DNA from: an uncultured Emticicia sp.
GTDB taxonomy: Bacteria > Bacteroidota > Bacteroidia > Cytophagales > Spirosomataceae
DNA length: 64,000 bases
NCBI GenBank assembly: GCA_937903345.1
Contig: CALCZQ010000061.1
Location: forward strand, 46,784 to 110,783
Direction of reading: 5' to 3'
The translations under genes and the position numbers were made by a program. Shown here one piece after another: positions 19,181 through 28,740 of the stretch. Positions within the stretch are counted from its first letter, which is position 1. Each line of letters opens with the position of its first letter. The notes below the pieces were generated by a model. The model did not search any database and had not been told where the DNA came from. It saw nothing but the letters and a program-made list of their open reading frames with translations.

Positions 19181-20407
19181 ATGAAAAAAATATGCTATCT
19201 ATCAGCTCTTGGGATTCTTTTTTTGGCTGGACAACTTTCCGCTCAAACATCCAATGGCATAAAAAAACACATTGATTATTTAGCATCCGATAAACTCGAA
19301 GGGCGTGGGACAGGAACAGAAGGAGGTAAAGCTGCAGCAAAATATATAGAAAAACAATTCAAGAAAATCGGACTAAAACCCTACGGCGATAAAGGAACTT
19401 ATCTACAAGAATTTCCTGCTAAAAAAGGTTTACCACCCAATATTAGTTATGTACAAGCTACCAATGTAGTAGGTTTTTTGGATAATGGTTCAGAAAAAAC
19501 CATCGTCATTGGAGCACACTATGACCACCTCGGTAAAGGCGACCAAGGGAGTTCGCTGGAAGCAAATTCGGTTGGAAACATTCATAACGGAGCAGACGAT
19601 AATGCTTCTGGAACGGCTGGTTTGATAGAAATGGCAAAGTTTTATGCAAAAAACAATAGCAAGGAAAAACACAATTTTTTATTTATTGGTTTTTCGGGCG
19701 AAGAATTGGGCTTAATCGGTTCAAAATATTATGCTGATAATGCCACAGTGGATTTAAAATCAGTCAATTGTATGATAAATATGGACATGATTGGGCGTTA
19801 TCGTGACGATAAAGGTTTAACGATTGGCGGTTGGGGAACCAGTAGCTTTTGGGGCAAAAATATTCCACAATTGGCTTTAAAGCAAGGAGTTAAATACAAT
19901 GTTGACTCGGCAGGAGTTGGCCCATCCGACCACACTTCATTTTATCTTAAAAACCTGCCAGTATTGTTTTTCTTTACAGGAGCTCACCAAGAGTACCATA
20001 AACCAAGCGATGATGCAAACTTGATAAATGCTGAAGGCGAAGTAAAAGTTTTGGACTTAGCAAAAAGCATTATTGAGAAAATAGAAATAGCCCCGAAACT
20101 TGATTTTATACAGGTGGCAAACAATCCACACGCCAGCAATGCACGAAGTAGTTTTAAAGTAACGATGGGTATTATTCCTGACTACGCGTATGACAAAGGT
20201 GGAGTAAGAATCGACGGCGTAAGCAAAGGTCGCCCAGCAGAAATAGCAGGGATCCAAGCGGGTGACATAATTATGAAACTTGGAGAAAACCCAACTACCG
20301 ATGTACAAGCATACATGAAAGCACTCGGAAAGTTTGAAAAAGGACAAACAATTGATGCCGAAGTAAAGCGTGGGACTGAAAAAATGATTTTAAAGATTAC
20401 TTTTTAA
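19181..20407 (+). CDS. Secreted M28-family metallopeptidase with C-terminal PDZ domain
   Basis: Signal peptide; IGAHYDHLG, GADDNASG, FSGEELGLIGS, NMDMIG, SDHTSF, YHKPSD; PDZ TMGIIPDY...PAEIAGIQAGDII. Confidence 0.92.
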   Translation: MKKICYLSALGILFLAGQLSAQTSNGIKKHIDYLASDKLEGRGTGTEGGKAAAKYIEKQFKKIGLKPYGDKGTYLQEFPAKKGLPPNISYVQATNVVGFLDNGSEKTIVIGAHYDHLGKGDQGSSLEANSVGNIHNGADDNASGTAGLIEMAKFYAKNNSKEKHNFLFIGFSGEELGLIGSKYYADNATVDLKSVNCMINMDMIGRYRDDKGLTIGGWGTSSFWGKNIPQLALKQGVKYNVDSAGVGPSDHTSFYLKNLPVLFFFTGAHQEYHKPSDDANLINAEGEVKVLDLAKSIIEKIEIAPKLDFIQVANNPHASNARSSFKVTMGIIPDYAYDKGGVRIDGVSKGRPAEIAGIQAGDIIMKLGENPTTDVQAYMKALGKFEKGQTIDAEVKRGTEKMILKITF

Positions 20408-20417
20408 ACCTTGCATA

Positions 20418-20458
20418 ATTGACAAATTTGCAGTAGAATAATTGGCAAATTTGTCAAT
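20418..20458. terminator. 14-bp perfect inverted repeat between convergent genes
   Basis: ATTGACAAATTTGC ... GCAAATTTGTCAAT. No clear U tract, so the function is uncertain. Confidence 0.5.
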
Positions 20459-20462
20459 GCTA

Positions 20463-22259
20463 TTAAAATACCAACTCCAAACCCAATTTATCTCTTAATT
20501 CTAATAAAGCAGGATTTTTATTGGCTAAATATTCAAATTTCTCCTGTGCAGTATAAGGTCGGCGTTCGGTAGTTGACTCTACAATTTCAGAGGTAATTTG
20601 TATTGAAGCATTTCTTAGACTTTGACGGAGAAAAGTAGCCAATTCTTGTTTCAATTGTACCAAAGTATCCATCTGAATCTGATTATCCAACTGCAACTTA
20701 AAGGTTGTACCTTCCAACACAAAATCACGCTTGAGCATTACCTTTAAAGTCTCAATATCTCGTTCATTGGCAAATGTAAATAATGCTTGTTGAGCAGTTT
20801 CATAAGTAAACGAATCATGATAATTTGGCAAAAATGGCTCATTATCAACACTTTTCACTTCCATTTTTGGGCTTAAAACCGTAGTTTCAATATCAACAGT
20901 AGAGCGAAGTTTTGAAGAAGCCATCGAAGGGCGGGAAGCTGGCTGTGCACTCTGAGCGGTACTTGACGAATTAGGCATAACCAGTCTTTCAGGCACAGCA
21001 GGTATCGAATCCACGTAACTTGACCTTGCTTGAGAAGTTGTAGTAGCAATGGCTAAGTCAGATTTCTGTTCCGAACTCTCAGCCCTTGCTTTTGATTGTA
21101 AAGCTATTGAATTACTATTTTTTTTTTCGTCCCCGTTGTTGGGTAGCTCACTCAGCGTCAAAACTTGCTGAATCTGTGAGAGTTTCATTAACCCAATTTC
21201 AACGTGTAAACGCTGATTTTTAGCCGATTTATAATTTAAATCAAGTTGGCTTCCAATACTTAACGAAGAAAATATATAACCTAGCGATAATTTAGCCGAT
21301 TGCTCAATGTATCGTTGTTGAATAGAATCAGCCACCTGCAAAAGCTTTACTGTTTGCGGGTCTTTACTTACCATGATATTTCTAAAATGTTCATTCAAAC
21401 CCACCACAAACTGGTGTCCATCGAAACCTTTTTCCAAAATTTCATTGTATAATAAAAATGCTTCCGACACATTTCCTGTCCATAAAGCCTCGGTCATACG
21501 GAAGTAATAATCATAATCAAGAATATGTAAATTTTCTAATACAGCTTGATAAGTCAAACCATTTCCAGAAGAAAAAGTAACATTCAAATCAAACATCGAA
21601 AGGGCATCACGCAAACCACCATCAGCCTTCTGGGCAATCAGTTCAAGTGCTTGATAATCAGCTTTAACAGCTTCTTTTACAGCCACATTTGCCAAATGAT
21701 CGGCAATGTCTTTTATTTGAATACGGTTAAAATCAAAAATCTGACAACGACTCAGAATAGTTGGCAAAATTTTGTGTTTTTCAGTGGTTGCTAAAATAAA
21801 AATGGCGTAGCTTGGCGGCTCTTCGAGGGTTTTCAAAAAAGCATTGAAAGCCGAGGCTGAGAGCATGTGAACCTCATCAATGATATAAATCTTATACTTG
21901 CCCGATTGCGGTGGAAAACGCACTTGGTCAGTCAAGTTTCTAATATCTTCGACCGAGTTATTGGAAGCCGCATCAAGTTCGTGAATATTAAACGAGGCAT
22001 TATTATTGAAACTCTTGCAAGAATCACACTCATTACACGGCGAAATATCTTCTGTAAGATTTTGACAATTGATGGTTTTGGCCAAAATTCTGGCACAGGT
22101 TGTTTTACCAACACCACGAGGGCCACAAAACAAAAACGCCTGTGCCAAATGATTGGTGCGAATGGCATTTTGCAAAGTAGTTGTTATGTGCGACTGACCC
22201 ACAACTGCATCAAAAGTTATAGGGCGATATTTTCGAGCAGAAACAACAAATTTTTCCAT
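20463..22259 (-). CDS. dnaX: DNA polymerase III subunit gamma/tau
   Basis: ARKYRP, GPRGVGKT (Walker A), ELDAASNNSV, IIDEVHML, LKTLEEPP and TILSRCQ. Confidence 0.97.
   Translation of the reverse strand: MEKFVVSARKYRPITFDAVVGQSHITTTLQNAIRTNHLAQAFLFCGPRGVGKTTCARILAKTINCQNLTEDISPCNECDSCKSFNNNASFNIHELDAASNNSVEDIRNLTDQVRFPPQSGKYKIYIIDEVHMLSASAFNAFLKTLEEPPSYAIFILATTEKHKILPTILSRCQIFDFNRIQIKDIADHLANVAVKEAVKADYQALELIAQKADGGLRDALSMFDLNVTFSSGNGLTYQAVLENLHILDYDYYFRMTEALWTGNVSEAFLLYNEILEKGFDGHQFVVGLNEHFRNIMVSKDPQTVKLLQVADSIQQRYIEQSAKLSLGYIFSSLSIGSQLDLNYKSAKNQRLHVEIGLMKLSQIQQVLTLSELPNNGDEKKNSNSIALQSKARAESSEQKSDLAIATTTSQARSSYVDSIPAVPERLVMPNSSSTAQSAQPASRPSMASSKLRSTVDIETTVLSPKMEVKSVDNEPFLPNYHDSFTYETAQQALFTFANERDIETLKVMLKRDFVLEGTTFKLQLDNQIQMDTLVQLKQELATFLRQSLRNASIQITSEIVESTTERRPYTAQEKFEYLANKNPALLELRDKLGLELVF
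21112..21128 (-). other. Candidate slippage/frameshift site in dnaX: G-A10-TAG-TAA
   Basis: The minus strand reads GAC GAA AAA AAA AAT AGT (D377-E-K-K-N). One extra A gives AAA TAG TAA. One A fewer gives IVIQ*. Confidence 0.6.
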
Positions 22260-22353
22260 GTCGCAAGTTACAAAAAAAATAGAATTTTAGGAGATTTTCA
22301 TCCACAGAATCATTTGATTTATTTACTTTTGTAGAGAAAAACCAAAGGATAAT

Positions 22354-22728
22354 ATGACTAACAAACTGACAATTAAGGCGTTTAACCACGTAGCTTTACA
22401 AATATCTGATATTGAAAAAAGTCGAGCTTTTTACTCAGACATACTTGGTTTAAAAGAAATTTTAGCTCCAGCCTTCGATTATCCTGTTGTTTGGTTTAGT
22501 TTAGGAAATGGCCGAGAAGTACATCTCATTGGTAGAAAACCAGAAGTTCCATTTACTCCAGTACGAAGTAATCATTTTGCACTCGAAGTAAGCGATATGT
22601 ATTTGGCAGAGAAAATGCTGAAAGAAAATGGTGCAAACTGCTTACCCATAAAATCTCGCCCCGATGGAATTTTGCAGCTATTCCTAACCGACCCTGACGG
22701 AAATTTTATTGAACTTTGTCAGATTTAA
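22354..22728 (+). CDS. VOC/glyoxalase family protein
   Basis: FNHVALQISDIEKSRAFYSDILGL, NHFAL and FLTDPDGNFIEL. Confidence 0.88.
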   Translation: MTNKLTIKAFNHVALQISDIEKSRAFYSDILGLKEILAPAFDYPVVWFSLGNGREVHLIGRKPEVPFTPVRSNHFALEVSDMYLAEKMLKENGANCLPIKSRPDGILQLFLTDPDGNFIELCQI

Positions 22729-23261
22729 TTGCCAAACATCGCCTTCAAAGCTCCCCAAAGAGTCTTTTTCAAATCGAGGTTTGCATCGAGTACACGAAGT
22801 TCGTCTGAGAGTAAGAAATCAACCCCAGCAATATTTTTTGGCTGGTAAATATTGAGCAGAATATTCCAGTTTATTTTACCCAAACCTACACCAAAACTTA
22901 TAAATTTCTTTGTTACATTTTGAGATAAAAATGACTGATAATCAAGTGTATTTTCTTTGCTCAACTCCACTAAATCAATTTGATCGAGCGTTAGTCCGAT
23001 TGCTCCAAGAATTTTCACCAAAAGTACTTTTTCTGATGCTGAAATCGTATCAGTCAGAATCAAGACTTGGTTTCGGAATTTAAAAGTTGGAATCGCTAGC
23101 TTGGCCACTTCCTTTGGAGAAATTAGGTCAACAACTGACTCTTGCACAATTGCTTTTTTCTCAACAAAAGGTTCTGTTTCCGCAGCTTTTGGACTTTCGG
23201 AAACTACATTTTTGTAGAGAGTCTCTTTACTGAAAAGATAATTGGCAAGATTTGAAGTCAT
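22725..23261 (-). CDS. Conserved hypothetical protein, possibly DNA polymerase III psi (HolD)-like
   Basis: LLVKILGAIGL...FISFG...L..L..N.DLKKTLWGALK resembles the psi C-terminus (KRALW). Located next to dnaX. Confidence 0.45.
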   Translation of the reverse strand: MTSNLANYLFSKETLYKNVVSESPKAAETEPFVEKKAIVQESVVDLISPKEVAKLAIPTFKFRNQVLILTDTISASEKVLLVKILGAIGLTLDQIDLVELSKENTLDYQSFLSQNVTKKFISFGVGLGKINWNILLNIYQPKNIAGVDFLLSDELRVLDANLDLKKTLWGALKAMFGN

Positions 23262-23274
23262 AGTTTTTAAGCTT

Positions 23275-23365
23275 GTAGAACAAGTTTCTAACTTGCTCCT
23301 GTTTGCTACTTACAAGTTTAAATCGGAACGGTCGGCCGCAACGGTTGCTTTCAAACTTGTGTTAC
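23275..23365. repeat. Pair of facing GTAG/GTAA-type REP-like palindromes
   Basis: GTAG-aacaagtt-tct-aacttgctc on the plus strand; GTAA-cacaagttt...aaacttgt on the minus strand. Located 3' of purA. Confidence 0.5.
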
Positions 23366-23427
23366 AAAATAAATGTGCCACATTTTCCAGATATGGCACA
23401 TTTAATCAACATAAATTATATTTTAGC

Positions 23428-24693
23428 CTAACGCAAAATGATTTCTTCACGGTCTGGACCTGTTGAAATAAAGCTAATTGGCACTTGAAGTTCTGCTTCC
23501 AAATAAGTTACATAATCAGCCAATTCGGCGGGAATTTGGTCAAATTTACGCATTCCTTCAAGCGAACAAGCCCAACCTTTGAATGTTTTATAGATTGGTT
23601 CTACATCAGTATCTGTCAAATCAAATGGCATTTGTTCGGTGATGGTACCATCTGTTAGGCGGTAGTGTGTACAAATGTTTATTTCATCCAAGAAATTCAA
23701 TACGTCAACTTTCATCATAATCAATTGCGTTACTCCATTGAGCATGATGCTATATTTGAGTGCAGGCAAATCTAACCAACCCGTACGTCGAGCTCTGCCA
23801 GTTGTTGCTCCAAACTCACGTCCTTCTTGGCGGATTTTTTCTCCAAGGTCGTTAGCTAATTCTGTCGGGAACGGCCCACTTCCTACACGTGTGCAGTAAG
23901 CCTTGAAAATTCCGAACACTTCACCTATTACGTTTGGTGCTACGCCCAAGCCTGAACATACGCCCGCAGCGGTTGTGCTTGAGCTTGTTACGAATGGATA
24001 AGAGCCAAAATCAATATCAAGCAATGAGCCTTGTGCCCCTTCGGCTAATACTTTTTGACCGCTTTTTATTGAAGCATTTACCACGTATTCGGTATCTTGT
24101 AAATCGAATTCTTTGATAAACTCAAGAGCGGAGAAAAACTCTTTTTCTGATGCAGCCAAATCATATTCAAAATTGTAAAAATCTAAGATTTGCGTATGTT
24201 TAGCTACCAAAGCTTTGTATTTTTCTATGAAATTTGGAGAAACGATATCACCCAATCGCAAGCCTTGACGAGCCACTTTATCAGCATATGCAGGACCAAT
24301 TCCTTTCAAAGTTGAGCCAATTTTAGCATCGCCTTTTGCTTTTTCATAAGCCGCATCAAGCAAACGGTGACTTGGTATAATAATGGCAGTTTTCTTAGAA
24401 ATAACTAAGTTCTTCCTTAAATCAAGGTTATATTTAGCCAAACCATCAATCTCTTTTTTGAATATAATTGGGTCAAGCACAACACCATTTCCGATGATAT
24501 TTAAACAATCAGAACGAAAAACACCCGAAGGTATTTGGTGTAATACGTGTTTATTGCCATTGAATTCGAGCGTATGACCAGCATTTGGCCCTCCCTGAAA
24601 ACGTGCAACTACTTGATAATCAGGTGCAAGTACATCAACAATTTTACCTTTGCCTTCATCGCCCCATTGTAAGCCTAAAAGAATATCAACCAT
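23428..24693 (-). CDS. purA: Adenylosuccinate synthetase
   Basis: QWGDEGKGK, RFQGGPNAGHT, EGAQGSLLDIDFGSYPFVTSS and EFGATTGRARRTGWLD. Confidence 0.98.
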   Translation of the reverse strand: MVDILLGLQWGDEGKGKIVDVLAPDYQVVARFQGGPNAGHTLEFNGNKHVLHQIPSGVFRSDCLNIIGNGVVLDPIIFKKEIDGLAKYNLDLRKNLVISKKTAIIIPSHRLLDAAYEKAKGDAKIGSTLKGIGPAYADKVARQGLRLGDIVSPNFIEKYKALVAKHTQILDFYNFEYDLAASEKEFFSALEFIKEFDLQDTEYVVNASIKSGQKVLAEGAQGSLLDIDFGSYPFVTSSSTTAAGVCSGLGVAPNVIGEVFGIFKAYCTRVGSGPFPTELANDLGEKIRQEGREFGATTGRARRTGWLDLPALKYSIMLNGVTQLIMMKVDVLNFLDEINICTHYRLTDGTITEQMPFDLTDTDVEPIYKTFKGWACSLEGMRKFDQIPAELADYVTYLEAELQVPISFISTGPDREEIILR

Positions 24694-24788
24694 TTTATTA
24701 ATTAAGAAGCGGTATTCCGCCCGTTAGAATTAAGAATTTTATTAGTAGAAAATGCTAAAATTCGATGTATAAAAAAATTTAAAAAAAA

Positions 24789-25256
24789 TCAAGAAGCGAC
24801 TTTATTCTCACAGTTTTCTCGCTCACAGCTACCATAAAAAATAAGAGAATGGTGCATAACCTTAAACTTTAGCATTTCGCCTACCATATTTTGGATATTC
24901 TGCACACGTGGGTCACAGAACTCCATAACATTGTGGCAGTCAACACAAATCAGGTGGTCGTGCTGTTTAGAGCCGTAGGCCTTTTCGTATTGAGCTAAGT
25001 TTTTACCAAACTGATGTTTTTTCACTAAATCGCACTCAACCAACAAATCAAGGGTATTATAAACTGTGGCACGACTAACTTGATATTTCTTGTTTTTCAT
25101 AGAAATATACAAATCTTCTACCTCGAAATGATCATTTCTTGAGTAAATCTCTTCCAAAATTGCATATCTTTCGGGCGTTTTACGGAGCAATTTTGTCTCC
25201 AGATAAGCCGTGAAAATGCTTTTTGCTGATTCAAAATATGAAGGTGTAGAAACCAT
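24789..25256 (-). CDS. fur: Fur-family transcriptional regulator
   Basis: [25 protein letters not shown] (CxxC) and GSCERENC. The Fur/PerR/Zur subtype is not resolved. Confidence 0.85.
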   Translation of the reverse strand: MVSTPSYFESAKSIFTAYLETKLLRKTPERYAILEEIYSRNDHFEVEDLYISMKNKKYQVSRATVYNTLDLLVECDLVKKHQFGKNLAQYEKAYGSKQHDHLICVDCHNVMEFCDPRVQNIQNMVGEMLKFKVMHHSLIFYGSCERENCENKVAS

Positions 25257-25397
25257 TCTTTTAAATGAGTTTGACAGTAATTACAGATTAAAATTACTAA
25301 TAAAATACAGAACTTCCATCATTTAAAATATTATTGAGCGAATTAGCTACATTTATTTCTATCAATTCTCAAATAAATACAAAAATTATCCACTAAC

Positions 25398-25434
25398 AAA
25401 AACGTCGGTATGGATTATAAACCATACCGACGTT
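25398..25434 (-). terminator. Intrinsic terminator after the sxtIJK-like cluster
   Basis: Perfect 13-bp stem AACGTCGGTATGG / CCATACCGACGTT, followed by a U tract on the minus strand. Confidence 0.82.
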
Positions 25435-25452
25435 GATTTTGAGTATTAATAC

Positions 25453-25815
25453 TTACCAAGTATTTTCTAAATCTTTAGCCGTGTATCGATGATTTCTTTC
25501 ATCATAAGCACTGCCCGATACTTTCTTTAATTTTAATGAATCTGATTTCTTAAAAACCTTCATCAACAATGCAAGAGGCGTTAAAATAATAAAGAAAATA
25601 AGGCTTAACAAAATCGTTGAATTTATTCGACCCAAAATTTCAGCGATTTTGAGCCATACCCAAGAGATCTTCTCGGCCACAACGCCAGAAAATACACCAA
25701 AAATGCCAATAATCAATGCCGTATTGAATAACCATTGAGACTTTAGGAAGTAAAAAAATATCAACAAACCCACAACAATCGTGAGGATGATTTCTTTATA
25801 ATTCTGTTTTTTCAT
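25453..25815 (-). CDS. SxtJ-family membrane protein
   Basis: WVWLKIAEILGRINSTILLSLIFFIILTPLALL...KDLENTW. Typical position after carbamoyltransferase and DUF5989. Confidence 0.85.
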   Translation of the reverse strand: MKKQNYKEIILTIVVGLLIFFYFLKSQWLFNTALIIGIFGVFSGVVAEKISWVWLKIAEILGRINSTILLSLIFFIILTPLALLMKVFKKSDSLKLKKVSGSAYDERNHRYTAKDLENTW

Positions 25816-25965
25816 TTAAAATAAGGTGTAAATAAATGGAGCAATAGCCGAACCAGCACCGATTACGATTAGTACACCAATTAATAATAAAACTACAATC
25901 ATGGGCATTAACCACCATTTTTTGCGTTCTTTAATGAAGTTCCAAAGGTCTGATAAAAAATCCAT
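25816..25965 (-). CDS. DUF5989 (SxtK-like) small membrane protein, 49 aa (missed by the ORF track)
   Basis: MDFLSDLWNFIKERKKWWLMPMIVVLLLIGVLIVIGAGSAIAPFIYTLF. The stop directly abuts the sxtJ ATG. Confidence 0.88.
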   Translation of the reverse strand: MDFLSDLWNFIKERKKWWLMPMIVVLLLIGVLIVIGAGSAIAPFIYTLF

Positions 25966-25972
25966 AGTTATG

Positions 25973-26022
25973 AAGCCCCAGTTTAGTTTTCTTAGCTCCC
26001 CCTCTGGGGCTTAGGGGGGGTG
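25973..26022. repeat. G/C-run REP-like palindrome
   Basis: AAGCCCCA ... TGGGGCTT inverted pair, plus CTCCCCCTCTGGGGCTTAGGGGGGG, in an AT-rich spacer. Confidence 0.4.
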
Positions 26023-26023
26023 T

Positions 26024-27890
26024 CTAATCCAATTGATATTCTTTCTTCCACTTATCCGATTCTGTCCATTGTGGTTGGGTGTTTTTGTCGAATATATAAT
26101 TTCCTATTACCAAAAAATCCATTTCAGTACGCATTAAGCATTTGTAGGCATCTTCTGTTATACAAACGATTGGTTCGCCACGTACATTGGAACTCGTATT
26201 TACTACAACACCATAACCTGTTTGCTTTTTAAATACATTGATGAGTGTCCAATAGCGAGGATTAGTTTCGGCATGAACGGTTTGGATTCGTGCCGAATAA
26301 TCAATGTGTGTTATGGAAGGCAAATCTGAGCGTAGAAAATACAACTTCTCCATCATGGGTAGGTTTTCGTAGCTTGCAGGAAATATGGTACGGCGTTTTT
26401 CGGCCACTCCATGCACCAAAAGCATGTATGGTGAAGGTGTTTCGCATTCAAAATATTCTTGCACATCTTATGCCAAAACTGATGGTGCAAACGGACGAAA
26501 ACCTTCTCGATATTTGATTTTTAGGTTTAACTTTTTCTGCATTTCTGCATTACGAGCATCTCCTAAAATACTTCGTCCACCTAAGGCACGAGGGCCAAAT
26601 TCCATGCGGCCTTGAAACCAGCCTATTACGTTTCCATCGGCCAATAATGAAGCCGTTTTCGCCGCCAGAGCATCAAAATCCTCGAAACGCTCGAAAGAAG
26701 CATTGTATTTTCTCGACATTTGCTCAACCTCAAGATCTGAATACTCAGGACCTAAATATGAGCCTTTCATGGCATCAAGTTTTTCTTTATCGACTTTACG
26801 TTCTTGACCAAAATAAATATGATATGCTGCCTGTGCTGCTCCCAAAGCTCCACCAGCGTCACCCGCTGCGGGTTGAATATAGACGTTTTCAAAAATATTG
26901 GTTTTCTGTAATTTGCCGTTCGCAACGCAGTTTAGAGCAACTCCGCCTGCTAAACAAAGATTTTTTGAACCTGTGAGACGTTTGGCTTCTTGAGCCATTT
27001 TTATCACGACTTCTTCAGTTACTTCTTGAATAGCTAAAGCAAAATCGCAGTGAATTTGCTCCAATAAACTCTCTGATTCGCGGCGTTTGAAACCCAGTAC
27101 CTCTGCCCATTTATCGTCATAAACCATTCTGAGACCAGTGGCATAACTAAAATATGCCTGATTTAGCCAAATTGAACCATCATCTTTGATTTCGATGAGT
27201 TTGTTTTTGATAATGTCTACAAAACGAGCTACATGTTCTGAGCCATGGCTGCCATACGGAGCCAAGCCCATGAGTTTGTATTCACCAGAATTTACCTTGA
27301 AACCACAATAATAGGTTACAGCAGAATATAGAAGACCGAGTGAATGCGGAAAACGCAATTCTTTCAGAATCGTCATATCTTTACCTTTTCCGTAACAAAT
27401 CGAAGCAGTAGCCCACTCTCCTACGCCATCAATCGTTAATACAGCAGCTTCTTCAAACGGTGAGGGATAAAATGCACTTGCTCCATGTGAAAGATGATGT
27501 TCGGGAAAAAGTAATTTTGCTTTTTTCTTGTCGTAACCACCGATTTTCTCTAATTCCTTGTGCAGCATTCGCTTTAGAAACATCTTGTCTTTTAACCAGA
27601 CAGGAATTGAATTAAGAAAAGATTTTAAGCCTTTTGGAGAAAAACCGTAGTAAGTCTCAAGTAAACGCTCAAATTTTAAGAGAGGTTTATCCTAAAAGAC
27701 TATGGCTTCAATTTTACCTAGAGTAAGGCCAGCGTAATCAAGGCAAAACTTTACGGCATTGCTCGGAAAGACTGGGTCGTGCTTGATAAAGGATAAATCT
27801 TTCTTCTTGTGCTGCGGCGATGACTTCACCATTTTGAATGATAGGGGCAGCCGAATAGTGATAAAATGCAGAAATACCTAAAATATTCAT
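26024..27890 (-). pseudogene. Carbamoyltransferase (NodU/CmcH/SxtI family), disrupted
   Basis: Starts MNILGISAFYH(Y)SAA..QEERF at 27890. +1 frameshift near 27790; TAG at 27692-27694 in VF*DKPLLKFERLLETY; TAA at 26468-26470 in PFAPSVLA*DVQEY. Motifs EHHLSH, GRMEFGPRALG and NTS.NVRGEPIV are retained. Confidence 0.9.
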
Positions 27891-27972
27891 CTAAGTGGTT
27901 TAGGTAAATTGGCCTAAGCGGGTTGCAAAAATATCAAAAATATTGCAATTTATGTGTAAACTTATGCTTCAC

Positions 27973-28521
27973 TTATTTTAAGGAAACTGTAAAGCCAATG
28001 GCACTGCTTTCGGTAAGTCCAAACTGGATTTTTTTAATATATCCAATTTTGGAAGTTGATTTTAGTTTTGTATTATAAATTTCAACAGCGTGTTGGGCGA
28101 GTTCATTAGATGACTCAACCATACACAAACCTCCGACAACCAAACCTAAACCCATTAGAAGTTTAGGTAAACTTCTAATTTTATAATCTACCTGCTTACC
28201 ATCAATTGTGGCTGTTGCATCTACGCCTTTGAGTGCCATGTATGCTAATCCAACACCACCAACAGTAAAAACTGGACCTATCGGTTTTAAGATATTAGAC
28301 CACATAAATTTTATTTTAGATTGTTTGGTGGTATCAAATTTTTTTGTGAGTTTTCCACCAGAAAGCTTTATTCCATCTTGATAAATATAAGTAGAAATAA
28401 ATGCCCGATTAAAATAAAGTGTGTCGGGTTTCTGGGCAAAACCATTCAAGCAAGTATTACACATAACTAACGATACTATAATAAAATACTTCGGTAGCAG
28501 ATAAGAAGAATTTGTTTCCAC
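27973..28521 (-). CDS. Hypothetical exported/membrane protein
   Basis: Signal-like N-terminus (..GFA-QK) and two internal hydrophobic stretches. No family recognised. Confidence 0.6.
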   Translation of the reverse strand: METNSSYLLPKYFIIVSLVMCNTCLNGFAQKPDTLYFNRAFISTYIYQDGIKLSGGKLTKKFDTTKQSKIKFMWSNILKPIGPVFTVGGVGLAYMALKGVDATATIDGKQVDYKIRSLPKLLMGLGLVVGGLCMVESSNELAQHAVEIYNTKLKSTSKIGYIKKIQFGLTESSAIGFTVSLK

Positions 28522-28740
28522 AAGAAAAATAATGATTAACGTAAAATGTATGCAATACTAAATGAAATACAAAGAAAAAAGTTCGTTTAATATAAAATGA
28601 AACCTGCTTTTAGGAAAATAATTTCATACCGTTTTAAGCGAAGCTATGAATTCAAAGATGCTTTTCTGATTCATACCTCGGCAAACCCTTTTTGACCTTA
28701 ACCAGTACATAAACAGTCATAGCATTAGGTTTTTTTGGGG

